The position numbers and the translations under genes are program-made. The notes below the pieces were generated by a model. The model ran no database searches. It had not been told where the DNA came from and saw nothing but the letters and a program-made list of their open reading frames with translations. Source: an uncultured delta proteobacterium (GTDB lineage: Bacteria > Desulfobacterota > Desulfobacteria > Desulfobacterales > SG8-13). Taken from it: 64,000 bases of DNA. Of this stretch, positions 41,161 through 51,574 are shown piece by piece. Within the stretch, counting starts at the first letter, position 1. Every line of letters starts with the position of its first letter. The stretch lies in NCBI GenBank assembly GCA_963848135.1, contig CAWKCK010000018.1, forward strand, positions 386,938-450,937. Direction: 5' to 3'.

Positions 41161-42054
41161 CTACACCCGTTCAATTTCGTGGATTCCGAACAATCCGTGC
41201 GGTTTGAATAACAGAATTATCAACAGAATGATGTAGGGCAGCAGGTTTGCCGTCCCATGTAACCCCCAGAGGCCGTCAAGGTAACCGGCAGCAAACTGCT
41301 GAATAAGCCCCATGATAATCCCCGCCACCACGGCGCCGATAATCGAATCGAGCCCGCCGAGAATGACCACTGGAAACACGGTGATACCGAACGCGTGAAG
41401 GGTGTCAAAATTCAGCCCGGTAATATTTCCGATAATGGCCCCTGCTGCCGCCGCGCTGAAACCGGCTGCCGCCCAGGCCAGGCCGAACACCCGCGGAATG
41501 GAGATTCCGATGGACATAGACGCCAGCTGGTCATCGGATACGGCCCGCATGGAGATCCCCAGCGTTGATTTTCTGAAAAACCAGGAGAATCCGCCGATGA
41601 GGATAGCTGTAATAATCACACCGACCAGTTGGGTCCAGCTAATGGAAACTCCGCCCATCCTGATGGGAGTGGTCGGCAGAAATTCGGGAAACGAAAGGTT
41701 GTAGGTTCCGAAAGGCGTCAGGTAGATCAGACCGTCCAGAATGGACATCAGTCCAATGGTCACCATGATGACCGAGATGATCGGCTCGCCGATGAGCCGA
41801 CGCAGAAACACACGTTCCACACTCATGGCAATGAAAAAGGTAATGACCATACTCAAAAAGAAGGCGAGTGCAATGTGAATACCGACCCACACGGCCAACG
41901 CGTAAGTTATGAATGCACCCGTAGCGATGAGCTGCCCATGGGCAATGTTCAGAACGCGGCTCGACTTGTAAATCAGCACGAATCCCAATGCAGACAGCGC
42001 GTAGATCGATCCGACCACTATGCCGCTAACGACCAATTGCAGAAAGTAAGTCAT
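41161..42054 (-). CDS. Liv-type ABC transporter permease (LivH-like)
   Basis: GSIYALSALGFVLIY, NIAHG, MRAVSDD, ILGGLDSI. Confidence 0.93.
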   Translation of the reverse strand: MTYFLQLVVSGIVVGSIYALSALGFVLIYKSSRVLNIAHGQLIATGAFITYALAVWVGIHIALAFFLSMVITFFIAMSVERVFLRRLIGEPIISVIMVTIGLMSILDGLIYLTPFGTYNLSFPEFLPTTPIRMGGVSISWTQLVGVIITAILIGGFSWFFRKSTLGISMRAVSDDQLASMSIGISIPRVFGLAWAAAGFSAAAAGAIIGNITGLNFDTLHAFGITVFPVVILGGLDSIIGAVVAGIIMGLIQQFAAGYLDGLWGLHGTANLLPYIILLIILLFKPHGLFGIHEIERV

Positions 42055-43979
42055 GTCACCTCATCCATGGTGTAAAACTTAATCGTGGTTTGAACATTTG
42101 TTGTCTGTCCGTCCTGATACTGGAAAAATGCCTCTACCTGCTTCTCACAGACACCTTTATCGTACAAGGCTGTGTATAGGTCTTCGTATTTTTCCCGGAT
42201 GTGCTTGCGGCGGATCTTGCCGGTCTTGGTCAACTCGCCGTCATCGACGTCCAGCAACTTGTAGAGAATGGCAAAGCGGTGAATTTTGAAATGCTCTTTT
42301 TCTACTGTCCGGTTAAATTCGACCACCTGCTTTATCATCAGATCGGCGACCTCCGATCTGGCGGAAAGATCCATAAACGTCGTGAAGGATATCCCGCGAT
42401 CCTCGGCCCATTTACCGACCACGATCGGATCGATATTGATTAAGGCGGCAACGTACTCCTTTTGATTTCCGAAGATGACCGCCTCTTTGACGTAAGGACT
42501 AAATTTGAGCTTGTTTTCCAGAAACATCGGACTGAACATGTCGCCGGTCTTGCTGTGCATGACATCCGACAGCCGGTCTATGACCACCAGATGACCGTCA
42601 TGGTCGATGAAACCGGCGTCACCGGAATGCAGCCATCCGCCTTCGAGCAGTTCTTCGGTCTTGTCGTCCAACTTGTAATACCCGGCGGTGACGGACGGAG
42701 AACGGGAAAGTATTTCCCCCTCTTCGGATATTTTGCATTCGGTTTCCGGCAGGGGAACCCCTACCGTATCGGGACGCACGTCGCCGTCGTGATGCATATA
42801 GGCAATGCCGGTAATTTCCGTCTGACCGTAAATCTGCTTTAAGTTGACGCCAATGGCCTGATAGAATGTGAACAGATCCGGGCCAAGAGCCGCACCGCCG
42901 GTGTAAGCCCTGCGCAGTCGCAACATGCCGATCTGGTTGATCAGCGGCACGAATACCATGACGTTACCCAACCAGGACTTGATGCGGAGCGCAAAAGGCA
43001 TCTTCTTCCCGGCCATACGGTAGACGGCGGCACGCTCACCGACTTTCATGAAATATTCGTAAAATCGTCGATTCAGCCAGTACGAATCGTCGATTTTCAA
43101 CCAAATCTGGGATCGAAGGGTCTCATAGATACGGGGGGCACCGAACATGAAATGCGGACCGATTTCCTTCAAATCTTCCATGGCCGTCTCGACCGACTCT
43201 GGGAAATTGACCGTAATGCCGGAGGCCATGGCCACACCGAAAGAATTCATCTGTTCACCAATCCACGCAAACGGCAAAAATGACACATATTCGTCGCCTT
43301 CATCCAAATTATCGACTTTGGTGATCTGCACCCCCATATTGATGTAATTACGGTGCGTCATCATGGAACCCTTGGGCAACCCGGTCGTCCCTGAAGTCTG
43401 GCAAAAATGACACACATCGTCCGGCCGCCCTTGTTCGATCATTTCATTGAAACGTTCCGGGTTGTCTTTGAGGACTTCATCACCCAACGCATACAGATCA
43501 TCGATAAAGATAAACCATTCATCCGTACGGTATCCACGCATGCCTCGCGGGTCTTCGTAGATCACCTTTTTGACCTTGGGTATCCGGTCGCGCACCTCGA
43601 GGAGTTTATCCACCTGCTCCTGATCGTCGCAGAAGACGATACTAACGTCCATGTAATTAAGGAGGTCGGCAATTTCATTCGGCAGGCTCGATTGGTATAT
43701 CCCGGCAGAAATGCCACCGATAGCCTGCGCCCCAATGGCCACCATGAGCACCTCAGGTATGTTGTCGGCGATGAGCGCCAGTTTATCGTCCTTTTTCAGC
43801 CCGATTTTCTCGAGTCCAGCAGCTGTTCTGCGGACATATTCGTAATATTCATGCCACGTATAGCTGATCCAGCGGCCGAAATCTTTCTCCCGCAGGGCGA
43901 TTTTATCGCCCGAATGCTGAACCCGCCAGCGGAGCAACTGAGGAATCGTGTAATCACGAATATCTTTCTTCTCTTCCAT
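42051..43979 (-). CDS. long-chain fatty acid-CoA ligase
   Basis: TSGTTGLPKG, YGQTE, WLHSGDAG, LTKTGKIRR; embedded in the ABC operon. Confidence 0.92.
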   Translation of the reverse strand: MEEKKDIRDYTIPQLLRWRVQHSGDKIALREKDFGRWISYTWHEYYEYVRRTAAGLEKIGLKKDDKLALIADNIPEVLMVAIGAQAIGGISAGIYQSSLPNEIADLLNYMDVSIVFCDDQEQVDKLLEVRDRIPKVKKVIYEDPRGMRGYRTDEWFIFIDDLYALGDEVLKDNPERFNEMIEQGRPDDVCHFCQTSGTTGLPKGSMMTHRNYINMGVQITKVDNLDEGDEYVSFLPFAWIGEQMNSFGVAMASGITVNFPESVETAMEDLKEIGPHFMFGAPRIYETLRSQIWLKIDDSYWLNRRFYEYFMKVGERAAVYRMAGKKMPFALRIKSWLGNVMVFVPLINQIGMLRLRRAYTGGAALGPDLFTFYQAIGVNLKQIYGQTEITGIAYMHHDGDVRPDTVGVPLPETECKISEEGEILSRSPSVTAGYYKLDDKTEELLEGGWLHSGDAGFIDHDGHLVVIDRLSDVMHSKTGDMFSPMFLENKLKFSPYVKEAVIFGNQKEYVAALINIDPIVVGKWAEDRGISFTTFMDLSARSEVADLMIKQVVEFNRTVEKEHFKIHRFAILYKLLDVDDGELTKTGKIRRKHIREKYEDLYTALYDKGVCEKQVEAFFQYQDGQTTNVQTTIKFYTMDEVT

Positions 43980-44206
43980 AAGTTGTTACCTGGATTTTGC
44001 ACGAGTCGGAGGGTTTCATCTGCAAACCCTTAATAACGCAGCAGATGGAAGCCTCCGGCTAGCCCGAAGGGTGAAAATTAAAAAGACAAAATGACTTCCA
44101 TCATTTTTACCCATTTAGCATTTTGAATTACTTATCAATATCGCGCGAACTGTCTTTTTTATGATTGGTACACATTTCTTTTTAATTTTCATGCAAGATT
44201 CTGGTG

Positions 44207-44968
44207 TTAATCTTCCCCGATATAGGCCTCAATGACCTTTGGATCTTTGGCGACCTCATCCGGTTTTCCAGCACCGATCAGCTCACCGAAATCGAGAACA
44301 TAGACATAGTCCGAGATGTCCATCACAACCCCGAGGTCATGTTCAACCAGTACGACAGTCGCGTGGCGTTCTTTTTTTATATCCATTATGAAGCGGACAA
44401 TGTCTTCTTTTTCCTCGACGTTCATACCGGCCATGGGTTCATCCAGCAGCAGCAAATTCGGTCCGAGGGTCAGTGCGCGCGCAACCTCGACCCGCTTTTG
44501 AATACCGTAAGCCAGACTGCCGACCGTCTTTTTGCGATATGGTTCGAGTTCCATAAAGTCGATCACATCTTCGACAAAATGCCTGTTTTCAGCTTCCTGT
44601 AGAGACGCCCTACCGAAGAAAATGACGGCTTGAAAGAAATTGTATTTAAGATTCTGGTGGCGGGCGAGCATCAAGTTGTCAAGCACTGTCATACCGCGAA
44701 ACAGCTCAATATTTTGAAACGCCCGGGCAATACCAAGGTTGGAAACCTGGTGCGGTGACGACCGCGTAAGGCGGTGTTCACCGTAATAGATATCTCCCGA
44801 ATTGGGGTGATAGAAACCGGATATACAGTTTAGCAAACTGGTCTTTCCGGCCCCATTCGGCCCAATGATTGACGTAATGAGACCCGGTTCGATATTCAAA
44901 TCTACGTCGGACAGTGCATTCAGGCCGCCGAAGGAGAGGGTAACATCTGAAATTTTCAAAGTGTCCAT
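44207..44968 (-). CDS. Liv-type ABC transporter ATP-binding protein (LivG-like)
   Basis: IIGPNGAGKTS, RAFQN, LLLDEPMAG, VEHD, VIEAYIG. Confidence 0.95.
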   Translation of the reverse strand: MDTLKISDVTLSFGGLNALSDVDLNIEPGLITSIIGPNGAGKTSLLNCISGFYHPNSGDIYYGEHRLTRSSPHQVSNLGIARAFQNIELFRGMTVLDNLMLARHQNLKYNFFQAVIFFGRASLQEAENRHFVEDVIDFMELEPYRKKTVGSLAYGIQKRVEVARALTLGPNLLLLDEPMAGMNVEEKEDIVRFIMDIKKERHATVVLVEHDLGVVMDISDYVYVLDFGELIGAGKPDEVAKDPKVIEAYIGED

Positions 44969-45572
44969 GTTCTTCCGTTGGGCTCCGGGAAATCTCAATT
45001 GAGGCGCAATGGCTTCGGTTCAAACAAAAAAAAGGCCTTTGCTTTAGACCTTGCTTATCTATTCCAAGTGTATGGCTTCACTATACTCGTGCCGCTCGGT
45101 TTCAGGCTGAAGTTGATCAGGTAGTATCTCATACATGAATACAATTCATTCCATAAAGGGCGTTCTATGTTATGCCTATTATTTAGTCAAGTGGAAAAAG
45201 AACTTCCAAAATAACCGACATTACACCGGAAATTTTCGTCTTCTTCGATTCGGCGTTTAAAGCAATTAGAAAACTGGGTGAGCGTAAGGGCAGGCAGTGG
45301 TGGCCCGCCTGAGCTACAAAGTAGCTACTTAGTTTTTTTATAAATACAGAAACCTCTGGCGATGTCAAGTTTATAATATAGCGGTATAATAGTGGTATAA
45401 AACCGCTAATTTGTTCCCGGCCAGGCATGTGTAAATTTCTGTAAATTCAATGAAATCGAACAATTGAACGGGGACGTACTCTTTTACGCTGCACAAGCGA
45501 TTCTGCCGACCTGCCCGTCTTCGGCGTGATAAACACCGAAATTCTGGGCAAAGGCCACTTAACGGACGGAAG

Positions 45573-47177
45573 TTAATTATCGACAGCCATCAAGTGAGCC
45601 TGCAGATTTATTTTTTTGTTCTTGATTCCCAGTTTCTTACGGATGTTGTAACGGTGAAAAAGAATGGTGTTTTTGGAAAGGCACAGCAGGGCGGCAATCT
45701 CTTTGTTGGTTTTTCCCTCTTTGACCAGGTTTGCCACCCGGATTTCAGCGGGGGTCAAATTGATGTGCCGCGCTGCGAATTGGCTGATGAAAGGTGAGAT
45801 AATGTTGTTCAGGTTCGATTCGAGAATGCTGACGAGCGTCACTTGATCGGTGTTCAGGCGGCTTTTCCTAAGCCTTTCGAGATAAGGCCCGATCAGCTCT
45901 TTGACGTTGGACAGAACGTTGTCAGACAATTCTTTTTTGTCGTCTTCGCGCTGCTTCAACAACACTTTTAGGGCCGTATTGACTTCAGCGAGATGATGAG
46001 ATTGGGCTTTGAGCTCCACCTCGCGCTTGCGCAGCTTTTTCTCAACCCGTTTACGATCTTCGACTTCCCTCGCCAGGCGTGCATTGGTATTCGCCAGCTC
46101 GGCGGTTCGTTCGGTCACCAGTTCCTCCAACTGATCGCGGTATTGCCGCAACTCCTCCTCGACCTTCTTAGCGGCGCTGATATCCCGGAGGATCACGATA
46201 TTTCCGGCCGGTCTGCCATCGCGGTCGTTATAGAGCCGGGAACTGATCTGAACATCGAGTATCCGGCCGTCCTTGGTCGATCGCCTCGTTTCGAAAAGCT
46301 GGATAGTGTGCCCGCTCAGCATGCTCTCGATTGCGGCTCTTGTTTCCGGTAAGTTTTCTGCAGGCACAAATTCGATCGGCTTTCCCAGCAACTCCTCCCG
46401 CGCATAGCCGAAAGTGCGCTCGAAAGCGGGATTCACATGCGTGGCCCGGCCATCGATGTCGTAAACCGCCACCGGATCGGGGGAAGACTCCAGCAGGGAA
46501 CGGTATAACTTTTCGCTGTCTCTCAGAATGGCTTCAGTTTTTATTCTCTCTTCCAGTTCGCGGCGCGCATCGGTGATCAGCTGCGCTTTTTCAAGCGCCA
46601 GAAGCGCCAGTTCGGCAAAGCGACTCAGTATCGTAACATCCTCTTGCTGAAACCCTTTGTCATTTTCCACCCGTGCCAGCCCGATGACGCCCAAGACACC
46701 TTTTTCAGATGTTAATGGGATCCCCACAATGGGGCCTAATGGGTCGAGACTCCTGTCCGGCAACCGCCCGGGCCAGGATTGGTAGTCGTCGACCACAACA
46801 GGTTGTTCAGTTTGCCAGACCTTGCCACCCATACCTTCCCCGATTCGAACGCGCCGGCCAAGCTGACCCTTGAAAAATCCCATCCCGACCTGCATCTGCA
46901 TCCGGGTTTTGCTGGGTTCCAACAGATAGATATACCCATGCCCCGAACCGGTCAACAATGCGGCCCGATAGAGAATGGTCTCGAGCAATTCGTCCTTGTC
47001 AAGCAGGTCGAGCAGGCCGATGGCGGTTTCATGCAACGCGGTAAGGTACTCGTTGCGGCGCAGCAAGTCTGAACGGCCCTTTTTCATGTCGACAGCCGCC
47101 ACCGCTATTTTACAGGATCTTTTTTCGAGCTGTCGGCGGTGTAATTTATTCTGCAAATTTTTCGGCACCTGATTCAC
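45573..47177 (-). CDS. GAF-PAS-LuxR-type HTH transcriptional regulator
   Basis: GAF (GEGMGGKVWQT), PAS (NPAFERTFGY, TKDG), coiled coil, LTPAEIRVANLVKEGKTNKEIA..TILFHRYNIRKKLG. Confidence 0.9.
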   Translation of the reverse strand: MNQVPKNLQNKLHRRQLEKRSCKIAVAAVDMKKGRSDLLRRNEYLTALHETAIGLLDLLDKDELLETILYRAALLTGSGHGYIYLLEPSKTRMQMQVGMGFFKGQLGRRVRIGEGMGGKVWQTEQPVVVDDYQSWPGRLPDRSLDPLGPIVGIPLTSEKGVLGVIGLARVENDKGFQQEDVTILSRFAELALLALEKAQLITDARRELEERIKTEAILRDSEKLYRSLLESSPDPVAVYDIDGRATHVNPAFERTFGYAREELLGKPIEFVPAENLPETRAAIESMLSGHTIQLFETRRSTKDGRILDVQISSRLYNDRDGRPAGNIVILRDISAAKKVEEELRQYRDQLEELVTERTAELANTNARLAREVEDRKRVEKKLRKREVELKAQSHHLAEVNTALKVLLKQREDDKKELSDNVLSNVKELIGPYLERLRKSRLNTDQVTLVSILESNLNNIISPFISQFAARHINLTPAEIRVANLVKEGKTNKEIAALLCLSKNTILFHRYNIRKKLGIKNKKINLQAHLMAVDN

Positions 47178-47206
47178 ACCGAACCTGTTAAGATCTCATA
47201 AATTCA

Positions 47207-47248
47207 AAACCCTCCGGCAAAGCCGGAGGGTTTACCGATGATTATTAT
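47207..47248. repeat. palindromic repeat family B, copy 3
   Basis: AAACCCTCCGGCAAAGCCGGAGGGTTTACCGATGATTATTAT. Confidence 0.75.
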
Positions 47249-47308
47249 CGAAAAAAAACCTGGCCGGGACCGACCCCGGTGAATTCACGGCGGCAACCTG
47301 CCACCCGC

Positions 47309-47536
47309 CTAAACCCCTCAGGAATTGCCCTCCCAGCCGACAGTGACATCATCCGCGTCGACGATCACCGGCACCTTGCGCACCCCCTTGGAATACTTCA
47401 GCATGGTATCAAGATTAACGGTTGACGAATAGATGTCGATGTACTCGAAGTCTTTACCCGCTTTCGTGTGAGCTGCCCGAGCTTGAGTGGTGAACGGTCA
47501 TGTGTTCTTGCCAAAAATCAGGATATTGTCCCCCAT
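47309..47536 (-). CDS. glutaredoxin-like (Uxx-star type) selenoprotein with two in-frame UGA codons
   Basis: Missing from the ORF track. GGAGGAGG RBS, ATG 47536: MGDNILIFGKNT-U-PFTTQARAAHTKAGKDFEYIDI...GVRKVPVIVDADDVTVGWEGNS-U-GV*; TGA at 47498-47500 and 47318-47320, each followed by a hairpin. Confidence 0.85.
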
Positions 47537-47591
47537 CTTACACCTCCTCCATACGACCTATATTCGAAAACACGCTGGCAGTCCGGGGCAT

Positions 47592-47802
47592 TAGAAGCAG
47601 TCTCAAAATGAGGCTTTTCGGCCAAGATCGAGGCGGGACCGAGGATCCCTGCTTTGCGGGACGTCCCGCCTGATCGATACTTCCTTGTAATTCGCAACCC
47701 GCAGGCATCAAGAATGTCGAGGACTTGAGACGAGGACGCAACGCAGAGGCTCGTCCGCATCTTGCGGATCGGGCGGAAAAACGTTTTTTGGGATGGCTTC
47801 TG
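47592..47802. repeat. MITE-like element with imperfect terminal inverted repeats
   Basis: TAGAAGCAGTCTCAAAA ... TTTTGGGATGGCTTCTG. Confidence 0.6.
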
Positions 47803-48172
47803 GTCAAGGACCGCCCTGGCCGCTTTCTATTAATGGTCCCAGCGGCAACTGCTGGAGTGGTAGCAACATTTCCTATAGGTGTCAATGATTTGGAATTGAC
47901 AAGCCCTTATGGTGCTGCTAAGAATACCTGTTTTTGTTCCGGCAATACGATCTGCGTTCCCCGCACCCTGCCCGCTCATGCCGGCCACCATAAACCATGG
48001 CTTCCAGCATCACCTCACGCATGCAATTTCAATAAGGAGGCTCAGAAAAAAGCTGAACGGCTTGATTGACGGCGCGCAGCAGGCAGGTTTAAACGGCGAG
48101 ACAAACAGTTACACATCGTTGCCGATTGCATCGCAACACGAAACGGGGGCCGACGGAAAAGAACCGCAGACT

Positions 48173-48454
48173 ATGGTTGAGCATCAGAAAAAGATGTCCC
48201 GGGAAACGGTTATCATCAACGAACTTGGTCTGCATGCGCGGTCGGCCGCACAGATTGCCAAGTTGGCCAACCGGGCCAATTTTAAAGTTTGGTTGTCCAA
48301 AGGTGAGGCGTCGGCAGAAGCGACAAGCATAATGGATCTGCTGGCTCTTGAATGCCCGCGGGGAACAAAGGTGGTAATCACCATCGAAGACCCTTCAGAT
48401 ATGGAGGTTCTAAACGGAATTGCGCAGTTGATCGAAAACGGATTTGGAGAATAA
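48173..48454 (+). CDS. ptsH: HPr family phosphocarrier protein
   Basis: NELGLHARSAA (His15) and ATSIMDLL (Ser46 region); track start 47909 is too far upstream. Confidence 0.92.
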   Translation: MVEHQKKMSRETVIINELGLHARSAAQIAKLANRANFKVWLSKGEASAEATSIMDLLALECPRGTKVVITIEDPSDMEVLNGIAQLIENGFGE

Positions 48455-48460
48455 CGTTTC

Positions 48461-50230
48461 ATGCAGGAAACCAGCAAAAAGGAATTCAATCTCACAGGAA
48501 TCAGCGCCTCGCCCGGTATTTGCATCGGCAAGGCCTACTTGGTCGACAAGGAAGGTGTCGACGTCGTTTCCAGATATTCCATCCAGAATGAAAATCTAAA
48601 GGATGAAGTCAAACGCTTCAAAGCCGCTGTCAAGAAATCGCGCGACGAATTGCGGGCCATCATCGAAAACACACCCGATGACTTTCGCCAGCAGACCAGC
48701 ATTCTGGAAACGCAGGAAGTGCTCCTGAAGGATAAATTGCTTTATGGGAAAACCATCGAGGTCATCGAACAGGAGCGCGTCAATGCCGAATGGGCACTTC
48801 GACAGGTTGTGGCCCATCTTAAAACAATTTTTCAGGGCATGTCGGACCCCTATCTGAAAGAACGCGCAACGGATGTCGTCCATCTCTCCGAGCGTATCAT
48901 GGGCAATCTGGTAGGGACCAAGCAGGTCAATATCGGTATGATCGACAAACGGGTTGTTCTGGTAGCCAAGGATCTGTCCCCAGCGGAAACCAGCCAGATC
49001 CGACTGGAACGGATAAAAGGATTCATTACCGACAAAGGTGGCAAGACCTCTCATACCGGAATTATTGCCCGAACTTTAGAGATACCCGCCGTGCTGGCTC
49101 TGGGCAATGCCACAGCGACGATTCGCAACGACGATATCGTCATCCTTGACGGCAATACCGGCACAGTCATCGTACACCCGACTGAGGACACCTTACTCGC
49201 GTACGAAGAGCGGCGTATGCGATACGAACGTCACAAAGCGGCCATCAGCCGCAGCAGCCGTCATCCGGCCGAATCGCTTGACGGCCAAGGTGTAAAAGTA
49301 CTCGGAAACATCGAGCTCCCTGAGGAAGTCGTTTCGGTGGTAAACTACGGTGGCGACGGTATCGGCCTCTACCGTACCGAGTTTCAGTATATGAGCCGCC
49401 CCAGCTTTCCCAGCGAAGAAGAACTCTATGACAAATACTCCGATGTCATTCAGGTGATGGACCCCAAACCGGTAACGATCCGAACCCTCGATATAAATGG
49501 TGACAAATCGCTTTCAAACGGAAACGGGCTACATGAACCCAATCCGGCCCTTGGCCTGCGGGGCATTCGCTACTGCCTGCAGCGTCCCGCGGTGTTCCGC
49601 ACCCAACTGAGGGCAATCCTGAGAGCCGCGGTTCACGGGAATGTGAGGATCATGTTCCCGATGGTGGCCACTGTAAGCGAGGTTATCCAAGCCAAAGGGG
49701 CCATCGAAAAGGCTGCGGAATCCCTGGAGAAAGAAGGTGTCCCTTTCAATGCCGATCTGAAAATCGGTGCCCTGATTGAAGTTCCCTCTGCGGTCATCAT
49801 GGCGGATGTGATCGCGCAAGAGGTCGACTTTTTCAGTATCGGCACCAACGACCTCATCCAGTACACACTTGCCATCGATCGGGGCAACAAGAATGTGGCC
49901 CATCTTTTCCGGCCCCTCGATCCGGCAATTCTGCGCATGCTGAAACGACTTGCGGAAGTCGCCAGGCAAAACGGCATCCGGGTGTTCATCTGTGGTGAAA
50001 TGGCCGGTTATCCGATACACACGCCCCTTCTTTTGGGCCTCGGGTTAGACGAATTGAGCATGAACCCCCAGGCAATACCAACCATAAAGCAAATGATTCG
50101 ATCAATTAATATCAGCGATACAGAAGCCCTGGTGGATGAAGCACTCAAATTGATGTCGGCGGAGAAGGTCTTTACCCTCTTACGCGACACATACGGAAAT
50201 ATACTGTCCGAATTCGACCAGGCTGAATAG
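48461..50230 (+). CDS. ptsI: phosphoenolpyruvate-protein phosphotransferase (PTS enzyme I)
   Basis: GGKTSHTGIIAR, GIGLYRTEF, IRTLD, DFFSIGTNDLIQY, CGEMAG. Confidence 0.97.
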   Translation: MQETSKKEFNLTGISASPGICIGKAYLVDKEGVDVVSRYSIQNENLKDEVKRFKAAVKKSRDELRAIIENTPDDFRQQTSILETQEVLLKDKLLYGKTIEVIEQERVNAEWALRQVVAHLKTIFQGMSDPYLKERATDVVHLSERIMGNLVGTKQVNIGMIDKRVVLVAKDLSPAETSQIRLERIKGFITDKGGKTSHTGIIARTLEIPAVLALGNATATIRNDDIVILDGNTGTVIVHPTEDTLLAYEERRMRYERHKAAISRSSRHPAESLDGQGVKVLGNIELPEEVVSVVNYGGDGIGLYRTEFQYMSRPSFPSEEELYDKYSDVIQVMDPKPVTIRTLDINGDKSLSNGNGLHEPNPALGLRGIRYCLQRPAVFRTQLRAILRAAVHGNVRIMFPMVATVSEVIQAKGAIEKAAESLEKEGVPFNADLKIGALIEVPSAVIMADVIAQEVDFFSIGTNDLIQYTLAIDRGNKNVAHLFRPLDPAILRMLKRLAEVARQNGIRVFICGEMAGYPIHTPLLLGLGLDELSMNPQAIPTIKQMIRSINISDTEALVDEALKLMSAEKVFTLLRDTYGNILSEFDQAE

Positions 50231-50291
50231 GTTCCTATGTGAGCCTGATTCGTACTACCGGTCAAATTCAATCTGAAGTAAGGAAGGACCC

Positions 50292-50762
50292 GTGGGAAAA
50301 GGGCAGAAAAAGAATATTGCCGAGAATCGCAAAGCCCGCTTCAACTACCACATCGAGGATGTGTATGAGGCCGGCCTCGTTCTCATGGGGACCGAAGTAA
50401 AGTCACTGCGTCAGGGACGAGCCAACATCAAGGATGCCTATGCCAAGATTAAAAATGGCGAGGTGTTTGTCTATCAGATGCACATCAGCCCCTACCCTTT
50501 TGCCTACTATGACAATCACGACCCGCTGCGTCCGCGCAAGCTGCTGCTGCACAAAAGCGAAATCAAGCGTCTCTATGGAAAGGCAAACGAGCAGGGGGCA
50601 TCTCTCATACCCCTGAGACTCTATTTCAAAAACGGGAAAGTGAAAATTTCTCTGGCCCTGGCAAGGGGCAAAAGAAAATATGACAAGCGTGAATCGATAC
50701 GACGCCGTGACGAGCAACGAGTGTTGGAACGCGCGCGAAAGAAATATACCAGCCGTTATTAG
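50292..50762 (+). CDS. smpB: SsrA-binding protein
   Basis: NRKARFNY, GTEVKSLR, RKLLLHKSEI, GKRKYDKR. Confidence 0.98.
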   Translation: MGKGQKKNIAENRKARFNYHIEDVYEAGLVLMGTEVKSLRQGRANIKDAYAKIKNGEVFVYQMHISPYPFAYYDNHDPLRPRKLLLHKSEIKRLYGKANEQGASLIPLRLYFKNGKVKISLALARGKRKYDKRESIRRRDEQRVLERARKKYTSRY

Positions 50763-50983
50763 CCTTGAAGTCGAAAGGTAGCAAACACGACTCGCAGCCG
50801 CAGCCACAATGATCCACCTGGGACGCGGCTGGAGAATTTGAGCAACCACTTGACAAACCTATTGAAATCTCTTAGATTTTAGTTGAGACTTGTTCTTTGA
50901 AAAAGCTGCAAAAGCTTTTTATCCCAATACCATTTTCCTCTCCTTATTGAGCTTTGAGCTTTCGGCTTCGAGCTCTTCCATAT

Positions 50984-51334
50984 GGGGGCGAAACGGCTTC
51001 GACGGGGACAAAGAAGCTCAGGCTGCATACCGAGCATCCTGCCAGCTCGTAAATCCGGTGGGGCATAAACATAATCGCAGACGATTATGCATACGCTGTA
51101 GCAGCTTAGCTACCGTCCTGCCAGGCTACTCCCACGGGCCTGGTAAGGGCGTCGACTAGTGGGATAGCCGATCCTGGGTACCTGTAACGGGTGAGGCGAA
51201 ACTTTAGCAGGTTGGCTTTGCGGACATCCCGCCTGGAGGAGTTCCGCAAGGCGAGATTCAAAGTTCAGGATAAGTATGTAGAGGTCTGGGTGGAATGTTT
51301 TCGGACGCGGGTTCGACTCCCGCCGCCTCCACCA
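50984..51334 (+). ncRNA. ssrA: tmRNA; tag peptide (A)ADDYAYAVAA
   Basis: 5' GGGGGCGAAACGGCTTCGACGGGG, 3' GGGTTCGACTCCCGCCGCCTCCACCA; tag ORF 51077-51109; adjacent to smpB. Confidence 0.97.
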
Positions 51335-51574
51335 TTTTATTGTACTAATTACAATAAGTTATACCAATTTATAGCCTTCAACATGTTGTAGATATGTTGT
51401 AGGCTTTTTGTTTTTCAGGTATCTTTTGTCTATCGCTAATATTTTGTAATTTCATTTATCCATATAGATAGACATAATGTTTGAAAGAGTATGGTCTGCC
51501 CCTTGCGACGTGGGTTAAGCTGTGGGACCTAATTGGGTCATAACGGCTCAGAGCCATAACCAAGGAGGCAGACC

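Noticed and set aside
44020..44075. Possible c-di-GMP-I riboswitch (GCAAACC...GCCTCCGG)
   Set aside because: Lacks the GNRA/receptor architecture and lies on the wrong strand for the adjacent genes.
47909..48172. N-terminal extension of HPr
   Set aside because: Not protein-like; HPr homology starts near 48173-48194.
50890..51391. Short ORFs overlapping ssrA
   Set aside because: Explained by the tmRNA gene.
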